Position numbers and translations under genes: made by a program. Below, piece after piece: positions 50,741 through 60,040 of a DNA stretch of 64,000 bases. The notes beneath the pieces are model-generated. The model saw only the letters and a list, made by a program, of their open reading frames with translations, was not told where the DNA came from and did not search any database. The stretch comes from Planctomycetota bacterium (GTDB lineage: Bacteria > Planctomycetota > Brocadiia > SM23-32 > JAKLEA01). Position 1 is the stretch's first letter. Each line of letters starts with the position of its first letter. The DNA lies in the NCBI GenBank assembly GCA_022711755.1, contig JAKLEA010000002.1, positions 325,214 through 389,213 of the forward strand. Reading direction: 5' to 3'.

Positions 50741-50756
50741 ATGCAAAGCTGATGCC
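50741..50756 (-). promoter_or_regulatory. Sigma54-type -24/-12 promoter candidate (cGGCATc-agct-TTGCA)
   Basis: GG/GC spacing canonical. About 45 nt upstream of the pseudokinase-FHA start. Confidence 0.4.
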
Positions 50757-51094
50757 GAAACCGGCTTTCAATAATAAAGACAATATTCTTATATGATGAC
50801 TCTACATAACCTATTTCTAGTCAATGGATTACGACGTCGGAGAAAAATCTTGTCAAGTGGGATGACGGGACAAGATTCAGAATGCAGAATGCGCGCGGAC
50901 ATCCTACCGGTCATTTTGTCCCCCGGCGGGGACTATTCTGCCCGATGCGATGGGGGGGGAAGCGATACCGAACGGTTCGATGGCGGGAGGCTGATTCCGG
51001 ACGGGTAGGAAATGAGCCGGGCCCCGGTCGAGAGGCGAAGCGACGCGGGACCCGGACTCGCGGGGACAACCTTATATTTACGCCTGTCGCGCAG

Positions 51095-52153
51095 TCAGCT
51101 TGTGACGGCGGCTATGCGCGATGCGGAGGACTTGAAGCCTTCAATGCGCCGGGATAACTCCTTCAAGGCGGAGAGCGCCTTCGGATTGCCCGGTTCGCAG
51201 GCCAGGGCGGACTCCAGCGCCTCCATTGCCGCGCAATACCGGCGTTCCATAACCAGTTCGGCGGCCGATTTCAGCAGTTCATCAACGCTTGCGGCGGAGG
51301 TGGCGGCGTCCGCTGCTTCCCGGTCTTGCGACTCGCCGGGTGGAACCGGGGGATTCAGGTATTGTTCAAGTTCCGGAATCCCGCCCGGGGGGGCCGCGGT
51401 GTCGAGCTGCGTGGTTGGCTCACTGAGTTCGGGAAGTCTGGAGTCTGCAGTCGTTTCCTCAATGCCGATTTCTGACTGCGACTCCTCCGGAACATCAACG
51501 CTGAGGTTGATCTTCGCCGGATTTGAGAAGTCCTTGAACTCAACCTCGAAATCTCCGGAGTTCCAGTCAAGCAACTCGACCGCCGCGTCCAGGGGGAGCA
51601 TCCCGTCAAGCTCGGCGTCAATGATCTCTGAGTCGCGCAGGTAAAGCCTGCCGCTTCGATCCTCCCGGCGCAGGCAGATGGCGCAGCTCTGTCCGGAGCG
51701 GCAGATGACCTTGACCAGGCTCGTGGTCGGCAGGTCCTCAAGGCGGCCTCGGAATGCCTCGGAACGCCCGGCCTGAGCCATGGAGCGGTCAATAGTCATC
51801 TTCGCCCGGACGACAAGCTCGCGCGGATCAACCGGCTTGGGGAGATAGTCCGTGCATCCCATTTCCAGACCCTTGAGCCTGTCCTGAAGCGCGGAACGCT
51901 CCGTCAGGAAGAGGAAAGGAATGCCGGCGGTCTCGTCATCAAGCTGAAGCTCTCCGAAGAGCTGAAAGCCGTCCATCTCCGGCATGTTGACATCCGAGAT
52001 GATGAGGTCGGGCTTGACGATTTTCAGCTTTTGCAGCGCGTCTCGCCCGTTGCGCGCCAGTACCGCTCTGAATCCTGAGTTTTCGAAGCTGCGGGACAAC
52101 AGCCGCAGCAGTATCTCGTCGTCGTCAACCAGAAGTATTATTCCCTTTATCAT
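51095..52153 (-). CDS. Response regulator: receiver plus C-terminal domain of unknown function (DUF4388-like?) plus TPR-like tail
   Basis: MIKGIILLVDDDE...DLIISDVNMPEMDG...FLFLTERS receiver. The domain assignment for the C-terminal region is from memory only. AGGAGG RBS. Start overlaps the upstream kinase stop (ATGA). Confidence 0.7.
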   Translation of the reverse strand: MIKGIILLVDDDEILLRLLSRSFENSGFRAVLARNGRDALQKLKIVKPDLIISDVNMPEMDGFQLFGELQLDDETAGIPFLFLTERSALQDRLKGLEMGCTDYLPKPVDPRELVVRAKMTIDRSMAQAGRSEAFRGRLEDLPTTSLVKVICRSGQSCAICLRREDRSGRLYLRDSEIIDAELDGMLPLDAAVELLDWNSGDFEVEFKDFSNPAKINLSVDVPEESQSEIGIEETTADSRLPELSEPTTQLDTAAPPGGIPELEQYLNPPVPPGESQDREAADAATSAASVDELLKSAAELVMERRYCAAMEALESALACEPGNPKALSALKELSRRIEGFKSSASRIAAVTS

Positions 52154-53436
52154 CTCGACGCCTCCTGAAAAGTTGTTGTGGTTTCCTCTTTGAAACAGCG
52201 TTTCCGGATCATGCGCCTGACCGGAAGACCGTCCATCGTCCGGAGTGTGCCCAGGGCGGCCTCGATATCGGTAAGGCATTCGCGCATGTCCGTGAAGCCT
52301 TCCCCCGGATTGGAAGCAGTCATCTTCTTGAGCAGTTCGGCGGTTCGCGGCGTGACGCTGACGCCGAATTCAGAAAGTTTCGGCAGGCCGAGGTGTTCCA
52401 GTTCCCAAAGGACTTTCTTCGGGTCCGGCGCGTAGGGCATTCTGCCTGCCAGCATTGAGAAAAGGAGGATGCCAAGCGCGTGCATGTCGTCCGCAAAGCC
52501 GGGGACATCCAATTCCTTCAGCAGTCGCCGGCTCAGGTATTCCACCCCCGACGCATGGCGCGCCTTCTGCCCCGGAAGAATCCTGCCGGCTGCCTGCAAA
52601 AGGCCGGAGGGCGGGGCTGACCAGTCAATGCTCATGATCCTGCCGGTTACGCCGATCAGGATGTTCTCGGTTTTTATGCCGCCATGCGGCAGGCCGCGCT
52701 TATGCCCTTCCAGAACTCCCAGCGCGACCTGCCTGAGCAACTCCATGGCCGTGCGTTCGGAGAGTTTCCTGCGCCTTCGCAGAAGCACGTCAAGCGTTAT
52801 GCCGTGCTCGTATTCCTCCAGGATCATGACGCAATGCCTTACGCGGGCGAATTGCGTCACCCGCGCCGCGCAGGGATGAGCCATATTCGCATGGACCCTG
52901 TCGGCCTTGTCCAGCGCAAGCTCGACATCCCTCTGATCGGCCAGTCGCCGGACGTCTATCACCTTCAGGCGCCGGGCCACGTTTCCGCCATTGCCGGCGA
53001 CCCTGTAGGACGATCCCAGCGCGCCTTCGCCCAGTTTGTAGTCAACACGGTATTTATGCGTTCCGTCGCCAACCTGCTCCGGATGCTGCTCGATTTTTCC
53101 GGGAGCGCCGGGTGCGTTGGTCATGCTCCCTTCGACAACGTCAGATAGGAAGCGCTGGAAGAACATCGTGCCGTCATCCGGATCAGCGTTGCCGTTTGTC
53201 AGGTTGCCGAACTGCTCGATCGTTGACGCGATCTCCGACCTGCTGACGTAGCCGCGGCGCACCGCGATCGCCACCGGATCGGCGGGGCAGCCCAGGCTGG
53301 TCATGACATCGGCGTCCTTCCTGCATTCGCGGAAATGCTCCGGATCGCAGAGGACCTGGAGGGCCTTCAGTTGCACGGAAGATCGGAATCCGCTGCTTCC
53401 TGACGAACTTCGGATTTTGTTTTTGTCGTCGCTCAT
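52150..53436 (-). CDS. eSTK-like pseudokinase (degenerate catalytic motifs) with N-terminal domain of about 130 aa
   Basis: G-loop GEGALGSSY, RRLKV, catalytic loop PHGGIKTENILI (HRD replaced by HGG), IDW in place of DFG. Start overlaps the stop of the upstream HK (TAATG). Confidence 0.6.
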   Translation of the reverse strand: MSDDKNKIRSSSGSSGFRSSVQLKALQVLCDPEHFRECRKDADVMTSLGCPADPVAIAVRRGYVSRSEIASTIEQFGNLTNGNADPDDGTMFFQRFLSDVVEGSMTNAPGAPGKIEQHPEQVGDGTHKYRVDYKLGEGALGSSYRVAGNGGNVARRLKVIDVRRLADQRDVELALDKADRVHANMAHPCAARVTQFARVRHCVMILEEYEHGITLDVLLRRRRKLSERTAMELLRQVALGVLEGHKRGLPHGGIKTENILIGVTGRIMSIDWSAPPSGLLQAAGRILPGQKARHASGVEYLSRRLLKELDVPGFADDMHALGILLFSMLAGRMPYAPDPKKVLWELEHLGLPKLSEFGVSVTPRTAELLKKMTASNPGEGFTDMRECLTDIEAALGTLRTMDGLPVRRMIRKRCFKEETTTTFQEASR

Positions 53437-56400
53437 TATTTGTCTCCCGATGATGCGTAGATGGGAGGTCTGGATGCGTCAGCCCCAATGACGCCGCAGA
53501 CGGCTCCGAGAAGTTTTTCCGCAATCTGATCAACGTCGTCCGCGCCCGACTTGCAGGCGCGCTCCAGGCCGCCGCCGAGACGCCCTATCTCGGCGTAACC
53601 GAAAGTGCCCGCTGTTCCCTTAAGATCGTGCCCGATTTTCTGAAGGGCCGGCCTGTTCCCGGCGGAAAGCGCCCTGCCCAGGTCAACGGCGTCGCGATTC
53701 AAGCGTCTCAGGTATTCCTCTCTGAGTTCTTCGATGCACGCCTGGAAGCTGTCTTCCTCAGGCTTGTCAATTCCTGTCTCCTGTTCCTGCGTTTTTTGTG
53801 ATTCCGCGAGGGCTTTCCCGCGTTTTATGACAAGATTGCTTATGCAATCCCGCAAGGCCGCCCGATCCAGCGGCTTGGCGAGGTATGCGTCGCATCCGGC
53901 TGCCAGGCATTCCTCCTGATCGCCCTTCATCGCGGCGGCCGTCAGCGCGACTATGGGAAGGTTCCTGAACCTGGCGTCCTCCCTGATGTTGCGGGCGGTC
54001 TGGTATCCGTCCATGACCGGCATGCGCATGTCAAGAAGCACAAGGTCGTAATCGCCCTGGTCAAGGGCGGAGATGCACAGCGCGCCGTTGTCAACAATGT
54101 CGGCCCTGTGTCCCTCCTTCTCCAGCGCCTTGCGAATGAGCTTCTGGTTGGTCGGGTTATCCTCTGCGACGAGCACGCGCAGGCCGTTTCCGGATGCCGG
54201 AGGACAGGCTGCCGCGTCCTTGCCGGCGGCAGCGGGGCGGGCATCTCGCGCAGACTCGCCCGGGATCACCCATCGGCTGCAGATTTCCGCGATCCTGTCG
54301 CGGGGCAGGCCGTTGGCAGCCGCGTAGTCCATCAATTCGGCGGTCAGGCGCTTTGACTCCTCCGGGGTCATTTCCTCCTCTGCATTGACCACGACGCGGA
54401 CGGAGTCCAGCAGATTGCGTTCGGAAAGGTTCTGAATTAGCTTCAGTCCTTCGCTGTGAACGTTGCGCACGGACATCAGCACCGCGCCGGGGCGATAGCC
54501 GCGCTCAATCTCGGTCATCAGGTCGCTTGCCGACGCGAAGTTCCGGTGACCGTTGTGTTTGTCCTCTTCGCGCTCCGGTTCGTTTGAGAGCACGGCCACC
54601 TCGGCAACGGGATTTTCCTTCAGGACCTCAAGCACCCTCCGGCGCAGGACGCGGATGCCGCCGGCCTTTGGGATGCACTCCACCGCGCCGAGCAGTCCGG
54701 CCCTGCGCTGGTCGGCCACCACGGAGCAGACGATGACGGGTATGTCGCTCAGTTCGGGATCGGCCTTCAGGTCGCGCAGGATGTCCCACCCGTTGCGCCC
54801 CGGCAGCAGTATGTCCAGTATGATTGCGCACGGCCTGAGCCTGCGCGCTTCCGCTATCGCCGCGCCGCCGTCGGGGCAGCCGACAACCGAGACGCCGCTT
54901 CGCGCAAAGGCCGAGCGGTAGAGCTTCAGGCAGGTTGCGTCGTCCTCGACCGCCAGGACGACGCCGCGCTCGCCGGCGGGCGCCCTAGCGGATTCCGTGT
55001 TGTGCCGCGCCATGCCCGGGGCATGATCTTCATCCGGCTCTTCCCGCGCCTGAAGCGAGACTCCGGCAGGCAGGCGGAAAGAGAATACGCTTCCTTCTCC
55101 CAGACGGCTTTCGACGCTGATGCAGCCCCCCATGGCCTCGATGGTCCTGCGGCAGATGGCAAGCCCCAGGCCGGTTCCGCCGAATCTGCTGGCGATGGAG
55201 GCGTCGGCCTGGTTGAACGGGTCGAAGATCTTCTCCATTGCTTCCGGGGCTATGCCGATGCCCTGATCCCGCACGGCGAACCTGATAGAATCCCGTCCAG
55301 CATCGTTGGTCTCGACCGAGCAGCTCATGACGATCCTGCCCCGCCGGGTGAACTTGACGGCGTTACCCATCAGGTTGGTAAGAACCTGGCGGATTCGAAG
55401 CGGATCGCCGGCAAGCTCACGCGGAACGTCCGGGGATATCTCGCAGACAAGTTCAAGCCCCTTCTCGGAAGCCGTCGGGACGAAGGTTTTCATCGTTTCC
55501 TGCGCAAGTGTCCACGGATCATAGGGCTTCCTCTCGAAAACCATCGCGCCGGACTCGACCTTGCTCAGGTCAAGTATGTCGTTGATGAGCGCCAGGAGCG
55601 TTTTGCCGCTTGAGCGTATAGTCTCCACGGCGTCTCGCTGGTCGTCGGTCAGGATGTCGTCCATGAGCATGTCGGCAAAGCCCATGATGCCGTTAAGAGG
55701 CGTTCTTATCTCATGGCTCATGTTGGCCAGGAAACGGCTTTTGGTTGAGTTTGCGGCCTCGGCCGCCGCCTTGGCCCTGAGGAGTTCAAGCCTGGCCTTC
55801 GCCTGTTCCGTGACGTCCTCGACCATCTCAATGGCGGCGATGATGTTTCCGGCGGTGTCGGTTATTGGGCTGGAGACGATCTTGTAGTGCCTGATCTCGT
55901 CGCCGTTCGGGGTGTTTGTCGTGGCCTCGTGGAGTTTCCCGTCGGCCAGCGTCAGCGCAGTCGGGCAGTAGGAGCATCGTTCATCGCGGGCCGGACTGTT
56001 GAATGCGCGGTAGCAGGTCGGGCATTCCCGGGCGTCAACGTTCGGGAACCACTTCTGCATCTGCTTGTTCAGCGAGAGTATCCGCATGTCGGCGCTGATG
56101 ACGGCCACCCCGACCCCGATATTGTCAACGACGTTTCGATATTTCTGTTCCGACTCGCGAATGGCTTCTTCAGCCTGCTTTTGAGCGCTTATGTCCCGTA
56201 CGGTAGCCTGCAGAAAGGTCTGGCCGTTCAATTCCACCCTCGTCAGCAGCACGGTGGCGGGGAAAACGCGCCCGTCAAGGCGCATATGCGCCCATTCGAA
56301 GAAATGCGCCCCGTCCCGCATCGCCGTTCCGATCATCTCCGCCGCCTTTTCGGAGGAGGCTCGTCCGTCCGGTTGGAATTCCGGCGACAATTCCCACGGG

Positions 56401-57758
56401 CCTTTCGAGACGAATTCCTCTTCGTCTGCGGCGCCGAAAAGCTCCACGCAAGACGGATTTCCTGAAGCGAATCTCCATGACGGCGGGGCGAGGGTCATGA
56501 TCGCGTCGCGCGAGGACTCAAATAGCGTCTTGTAGAGTTTTCTGCTTTCATTCAACGCATCTTCAGCTTGTTTTCGATTTCGGATGTCAACAAAGCTTTC
56601 AATCAGGCACTCCCGATCCCCGAGATTCGTCTTTACCACGCTCTTGATTACGGGAATCTCCCGACTCTGCGCGTCGAGGATTACTCGTTCGGAGTTCTCA
56701 ACCGTCCTGCCGAGATCGGTGATCGGGCACTTGCCGCATTCGGCGGGGCATATGTGCTTATGGCATATCTGGCCGACTATTTCGCTCTTTGGCGCTCCTA
56801 TCATCCCGATTGCGACGGGATTGACCTCCAGTACCACATGTGTCTCGGCGTCAACAATTGCAATGCCGGTAGGCAACGATTCCAGGATGCCGTTGAGCCT
56901 TTGGTTGTATTCAATAAGTTTGGTTTCCGCTTCGCGGCGTCGGGTGATGTCTTCACCGGAGGCCAGCACCGCTTTGATCCGGCCGTCCGCATCGCGGACG
57001 GCGGTATTGTGCCAGAATATGAGTTTCTCCTCTCCTTGCCGCGTAAGAATGACGTTCTCGCATTCCTCCACCCATCCCGAATCGCCATTCAGGATGCCTT
57101 TGAAGATTTCTCTGACTTCCTCCCTCACGCGCATGGGAAGACAGGTCTCAAACCAGTCTTTGCCGATCAGTTCGGCGGCGGCATAACCCATAAGCTCGTG
57201 TCCCTTCCGGTTGATCATTGCGATCTTCCCGTCAAGGTCCAGGGCCAGGAGTATCACCCCGGCAACATCAAGGTATCCTGCGGAGACGTCGTGTTGTTCC
57301 TTGAGCGCCTGTTCCGCCGTTATCGTCTCCGTAATGTCCTCGATGACGTGAAGCCAAAGGTTGCCGCATGGGGCGTTCTTGTTCGTTTTTGAGCACTTGA
57401 CGCGGAAGAATCTGCCGGGGAGCAACTCCTGACAGGCGACAGAAAAGTCCTCCCCGTTCGCCATGCTGCGGCACGCGTCGCAAAGTTCCGGCGGCCTGTC
57501 CGAGCAGTGGACGACCTCGTAGCATTTACGTCCGATCACGTCCTGCGGTTTACGAGATATCATTCCGCAAAAGCCCTGGTTGCAATCCAGGATGTTCTGC
57601 CCCGGATCCATGAGGAACGCCGGGAAGGGAAGCCCCTCCAACGTCAGCCTGCCCGCCGCCTTGACGCTTTGATTTTCCACTTTCTCGCCTCTTGGGTTGT
57701 CTGTTTTATCAGGGCGCGCCCCGCGCGCGCCCTGTTGAGCGTTCGACTTGATATGCAA
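53436..57758 (-). CDS. Cytoplasmic hybrid histidine kinase (Cys-motif PAS, about 6 PAS domains, HisKA, HATPase, REC, REC, Hpt)
   Basis: HisKA LANMSHEIRTPLNGIMGF. HATPase GTGLGLAICRRTIEAMGGCISVES. Two receivers (VVLAVEDD...; RVLVAEDNPTNQ...LLDMRMPVMDG). Hpt HDLKGTAGTFGYAEIG. True start probably downstream of 57758 (GTG 57680 or ATG 57611), because a sigma54 element lies at 57763-57777. Confidence 0.85.
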   Translation of the reverse strand: MHIKSNAQQGARGARPDKTDNPRGEKVENQSVKAAGRLTLEGLPFPAFLMDPGQNILDCNQGFCGMISRKPQDVIGRKCYEVVHCSDRPPELCDACRSMANGEDFSVACQELLPGRFFRVKCSKTNKNAPCGNLWLHVIEDITETITAEQALKEQHDVSAGYLDVAGVILLALDLDGKIAMINRKGHELMGYAAAELIGKDWFETCLPMRVREEVREIFKGILNGDSGWVEECENVILTRQGEEKLIFWHNTAVRDADGRIKAVLASGEDITRRREAETKLIEYNQRLNGILESLPTGIAIVDAETHVVLEVNPVAIGMIGAPKSEIVGQICHKHICPAECGKCPITDLGRTVENSERVILDAQSREIPVIKSVVKTNLGDRECLIESFVDIRNRKQAEDALNESRKLYKTLFESSRDAIMTLAPPSWRFASGNPSCVELFGAADEEEFVSKGPWELSPEFQPDGRASSEKAAEMIGTAMRDGAHFFEWAHMRLDGRVFPATVLLTRVELNGQTFLQATVRDISAQKQAEEAIRESEQKYRNVVDNIGVGVAVISADMRILSLNKQMQKWFPNVDARECPTCYRAFNSPARDERCSYCPTALTLADGKLHEATTNTPNGDEIRHYKIVSSPITDTAGNIIAAIEMVEDVTEQAKARLELLRAKAAAEAANSTKSRFLANMSHEIRTPLNGIMGFADMLMDDILTDDQRDAVETIRSSGKTLLALINDILDLSKVESGAMVFERKPYDPWTLAQETMKTFVPTASEKGLELVCEISPDVPRELAGDPLRIRQVLTNLMGNAVKFTRRGRIVMSCSVETNDAGRDSIRFAVRDQGIGIAPEAMEKIFDPFNQADASIASRFGGTGLGLAICRRTIEAMGGCISVESRLGEGSVFSFRLPAGVSLQAREEPDEDHAPGMARHNTESARAPAGERGVVLAVEDDATCLKLYRSAFARSGVSVVGCPDGGAAIAEARRLRPCAIILDILLPGRNGWDILRDLKADPELSDIPVIVCSVVADQRRAGLLGAVECIPKAGGIRVLRRRVLEVLKENPVAEVAVLSNEPEREEDKHNGHRNFASASDLMTEIERGYRPGAVLMSVRNVHSEGLKLIQNLSERNLLDSVRVVVNAEEEMTPEESKRLTAELMDYAAANGLPRDRIAEICSRWVIPGESARDARPAAAGKDAAACPPASGNGLRVLVAEDNPTNQKLIRKALEKEGHRADIVDNGALCISALDQGDYDLVLLDMRMPVMDGYQTARNIREDARFRNLPIVALTAAAMKGDQEECLAAGCDAYLAKPLDRAALRDCISNLVIKRGKALAESQKTQEQETGIDKPEEDSFQACIEELREEYLRRLNRDAVDLGRALSAGNRPALQKIGHDLKGTAGTFGYAEIGRLGGGLERACKSGADDVDQIAEKLLGAVCGVIGADASRPPIYASSGDK
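57707..57731 (-). promoter_or_regulatory. Perfect 10-bp GC-rich inverted repeat with 5-nt loop (CAGGGCGCGC-cccgc-GCGCGCCCTG) in the predicted 5' leader of the Hpt-HK operon
   Basis: Seen directly in the sequence. Lies +20 to +45 relative to the TSS predicted from the sigma54 element. Confidence 0.5.
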
Positions 57759-57762
57759 ATAC

Positions 57763-57777
57763 GCAAGAGACGTGCCA
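57763..57777 (-). promoter_or_regulatory. Sigma54-type -24/-12 promoter (TGGCACG-tctc-TTGCG)
   Basis: Matches the TGGCACG-N4-TTGCW consensus on the minus strand. Sits upstream of the HK-pseudokinase-REC operon. Confidence 0.55.
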
Positions 57778-58084
57778 CGCGCTCGGATTTCCCGGGGATT
57801 AAAGGATATGAGATTGAGACATGTTTCTTCTTTGATCTGGAAGCGGAATATTTGCGGGGATTGCCTTTCATGCGCTCTCAGCAGTGTGTAAGGATGTAAA
57901 TGATAAAAGAGAAGAGTCCGGCCAGTATTGCCGCTCCCGGGGACAACGTGTCCGCCGATGAGAAAGGGGCGGCAAGGCGTTGGGGGTTTAAATGGAAGAC
58001 GCGCCGGAGTTCGGCGCGTCTTCGTTCGGGAAGTCGGCGTCCCGGGTGCAGGGACGCCGGTCTGGGTGGCGGGGACGCCCGAAC

Positions 58085-59974
58085 TCAGGCCTCGGTTATG
58101 AGCCTGAAACTGGTCTTGCCGATCTTCAATTCTGTTGTCATCCAGCCAACCTCGCCGGCTTCGAGCTTCCTGCCGTCCACGCTGGTGCCGTTGCGGCTGT
58201 TGCAGTCCTGAACGACGACGTTGTTGCCGCTGCGCATGACCTTACAGTGGGAAATGCTGACCTGCGGGTCTTCCAGGACGACGTGGCTGAAGTCGGCGGA
58301 GCGTCCGAACGTGAGTTCATCCCCGTCGTTGAGTATGATGCCCACCTTGTCGCGCCCGTCCGTGACCAGAACCATCGGCGATGAGAAGGGGCCTGACCTT
58401 TCGGTCATGACCTTCGAAATCGAGTCGGAATCCCTCACTGGGAACACGTGCGCTCCGTCGCCTTTGACGGCAATGTCCGAACCTTCCGCATCGGGCTTGC
58501 GAGGATTGATGACCGTCGGAACCTCCAAAAAGCGGCAGATATCATCGGGGGTCTTCTTGACGGTCGGGCTGGAATCCGGGGATTTGCTTTCATTGCCGCC
58601 CTCGTATTCCTTCAACAGCCCAAGCACGCGGGAGATGCTTTCTTCGCCGGGGCCGCAGGAAACGCTGCCTTCGGATTTCGCGGAGCCTTGAATGGCTTCC
58701 GCAAGTTCGGGGGCGTCGTCAGCCTCGGCCACCTGCGCGCCGACGGCCTCCGGCTCGAATTCCTTCAGGAACGGCAGGACTTTGGAGAGACTTTCGTCGG
58801 TTCCGAGGCTTCCGTGCGACGTCTCGCGGGCGGCCGGCGCGGATTTCGGGGCGGAGGGGAGCGATGAAATCGCAGGCTGATTCGGGCCTTTCGCCTGTTC
58901 CGCAGAGTCCTTGCGCGCTGGCTGATAACTGCCGGTCTTGGCCAGCCGCGCGGACAGGGCGTGAAATTCCCGCAGCAGTTCCTTCGGACTCTGGTAGCGC
59001 GCCTCCGGAGCCTTGGCGCTCATCTTCATGATGACCCGCTCCGTCATGGGCGAAATCTCAGGAACAAAGTTCCGCAGGGGGGGCAGGGGGTAGAGCAGAT
59101 GCGCTGACATGACTTCGATGGCCTTGCCCTTGAACGGGATTTTGCCAGTCAGTACCTTGAACAGCGAGATGCCCAGCGAGTAAATGTCCGAGCGCACGTC
59201 CACCTCCTGCTCCCCCCTTACCTGCTCCGGAGACATGAAAGCAGGGGTGCCGACGCGCATGTTGGCCTGGGTTATCGCCGTGCTCTGCTGCGCATTCCCG
59301 TCCTTGCCCCATACGAACTGCTTTGCCAGGCCCAGGTCAACCAGCTTTACGTGGCCGTCGAAGGTGATCAGGATGTTGTGGGGCTTTATGTCCCGATGGG
59401 CGATGCCGTGACTCCAGAGATGGTCCATCGCATGGAGCGTCTCGATCATGATGTCCACTGCCGCCGCTTCCTGGAGGCGTCCCTGATTCTCGATGAGGTC
59501 GTTGAGGGAGTAGCCGTGGACGAATTCCATAATGGCGTAGAGCATGTCCCCGTCCTGTCCGTATCCGAGGATACGGGCGACGTTCGGGTGATCCAGGCCG
59601 GCCGCCATCCTCGCGGTCTTCAAAAAGCGCCGGGGGGTATTTGGATTCATCTCGACGTCCACGTTCAAGACCTTGATTGCCACCATCGCCCCAGTCTTTG
59701 CGTCTGATGCCTTATAGACCGTGCCCTGCGAACCTTGACCGAGGACTTCAATGATCTTGTAGCCGAGTTTTTCGAGTTTCTCGGGGTTTGACGTCTGGCG
59801 ATATGCCTGGAGGGCCGGATTGTCAGTGCTTTCCAGGATGATTGTTCCGGACTCTTCATCAATGCCGTTGAAGATGGATGGTTTGTCGCCGCCCGCCGGA
59901 GGAGTAGGAGTCTTTCCCGCTCCGGAAATTACCGGCTGATTTGTGATGCGTGCGTTTGCCATGTTGGTCTGCAT
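58085..59974 (-). CDS. Ser/Thr protein kinase with C-terminal FHA domain
   Basis: G-loop GQGSQGTVY, AIKV, catalytic loop HRDIKPHNIL, DLG, SPE. FHA at the C-terminus (TFGRS...SISHC...NGT). RBS AAGGAAG. Confidence 0.85.
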   Translation of the reverse strand: MQTNMANARITNQPVISGAGKTPTPPAGGDKPSIFNGIDEESGTIILESTDNPALQAYRQTSNPEKLEKLGYKIIEVLGQGSQGTVYKASDAKTGAMVAIKVLNVDVEMNPNTPRRFLKTARMAAGLDHPNVARILGYGQDGDMLYAIMEFVHGYSLNDLIENQGRLQEAAAVDIMIETLHAMDHLWSHGIAHRDIKPHNILITFDGHVKLVDLGLAKQFVWGKDGNAQQSTAITQANMRVGTPAFMSPEQVRGEQEVDVRSDIYSLGISLFKVLTGKIPFKGKAIEVMSAHLLYPLPPLRNFVPEISPMTERVIMKMSAKAPEARYQSPKELLREFHALSARLAKTGSYQPARKDSAEQAKGPNQPAISSLPSAPKSAPAARETSHGSLGTDESLSKVLPFLKEFEPEAVGAQVAEADDAPELAEAIQGSAKSEGSVSCGPGEESISRVLGLLKEYEGGNESKSPDSSPTVKKTPDDICRFLEVPTVINPRKPDAEGSDIAVKGDGAHVFPVRDSDSISKVMTERSGPFSSPMVLVTDGRDKVGIILNDGDELTFGRSADFSHVVLEDPQVSISHCKVMRSGNNVVVQDCNSRNGTSVDGRKLEAGEVGWMTTELKIGKTSFRLITEA

Positions 59975-60040
59975 CTTCCTTACCCCTGTTCCTGTCCGCC
60001 ATGAACGAATGAGAATGAATGAACTCTGCGGGAATGGAAC

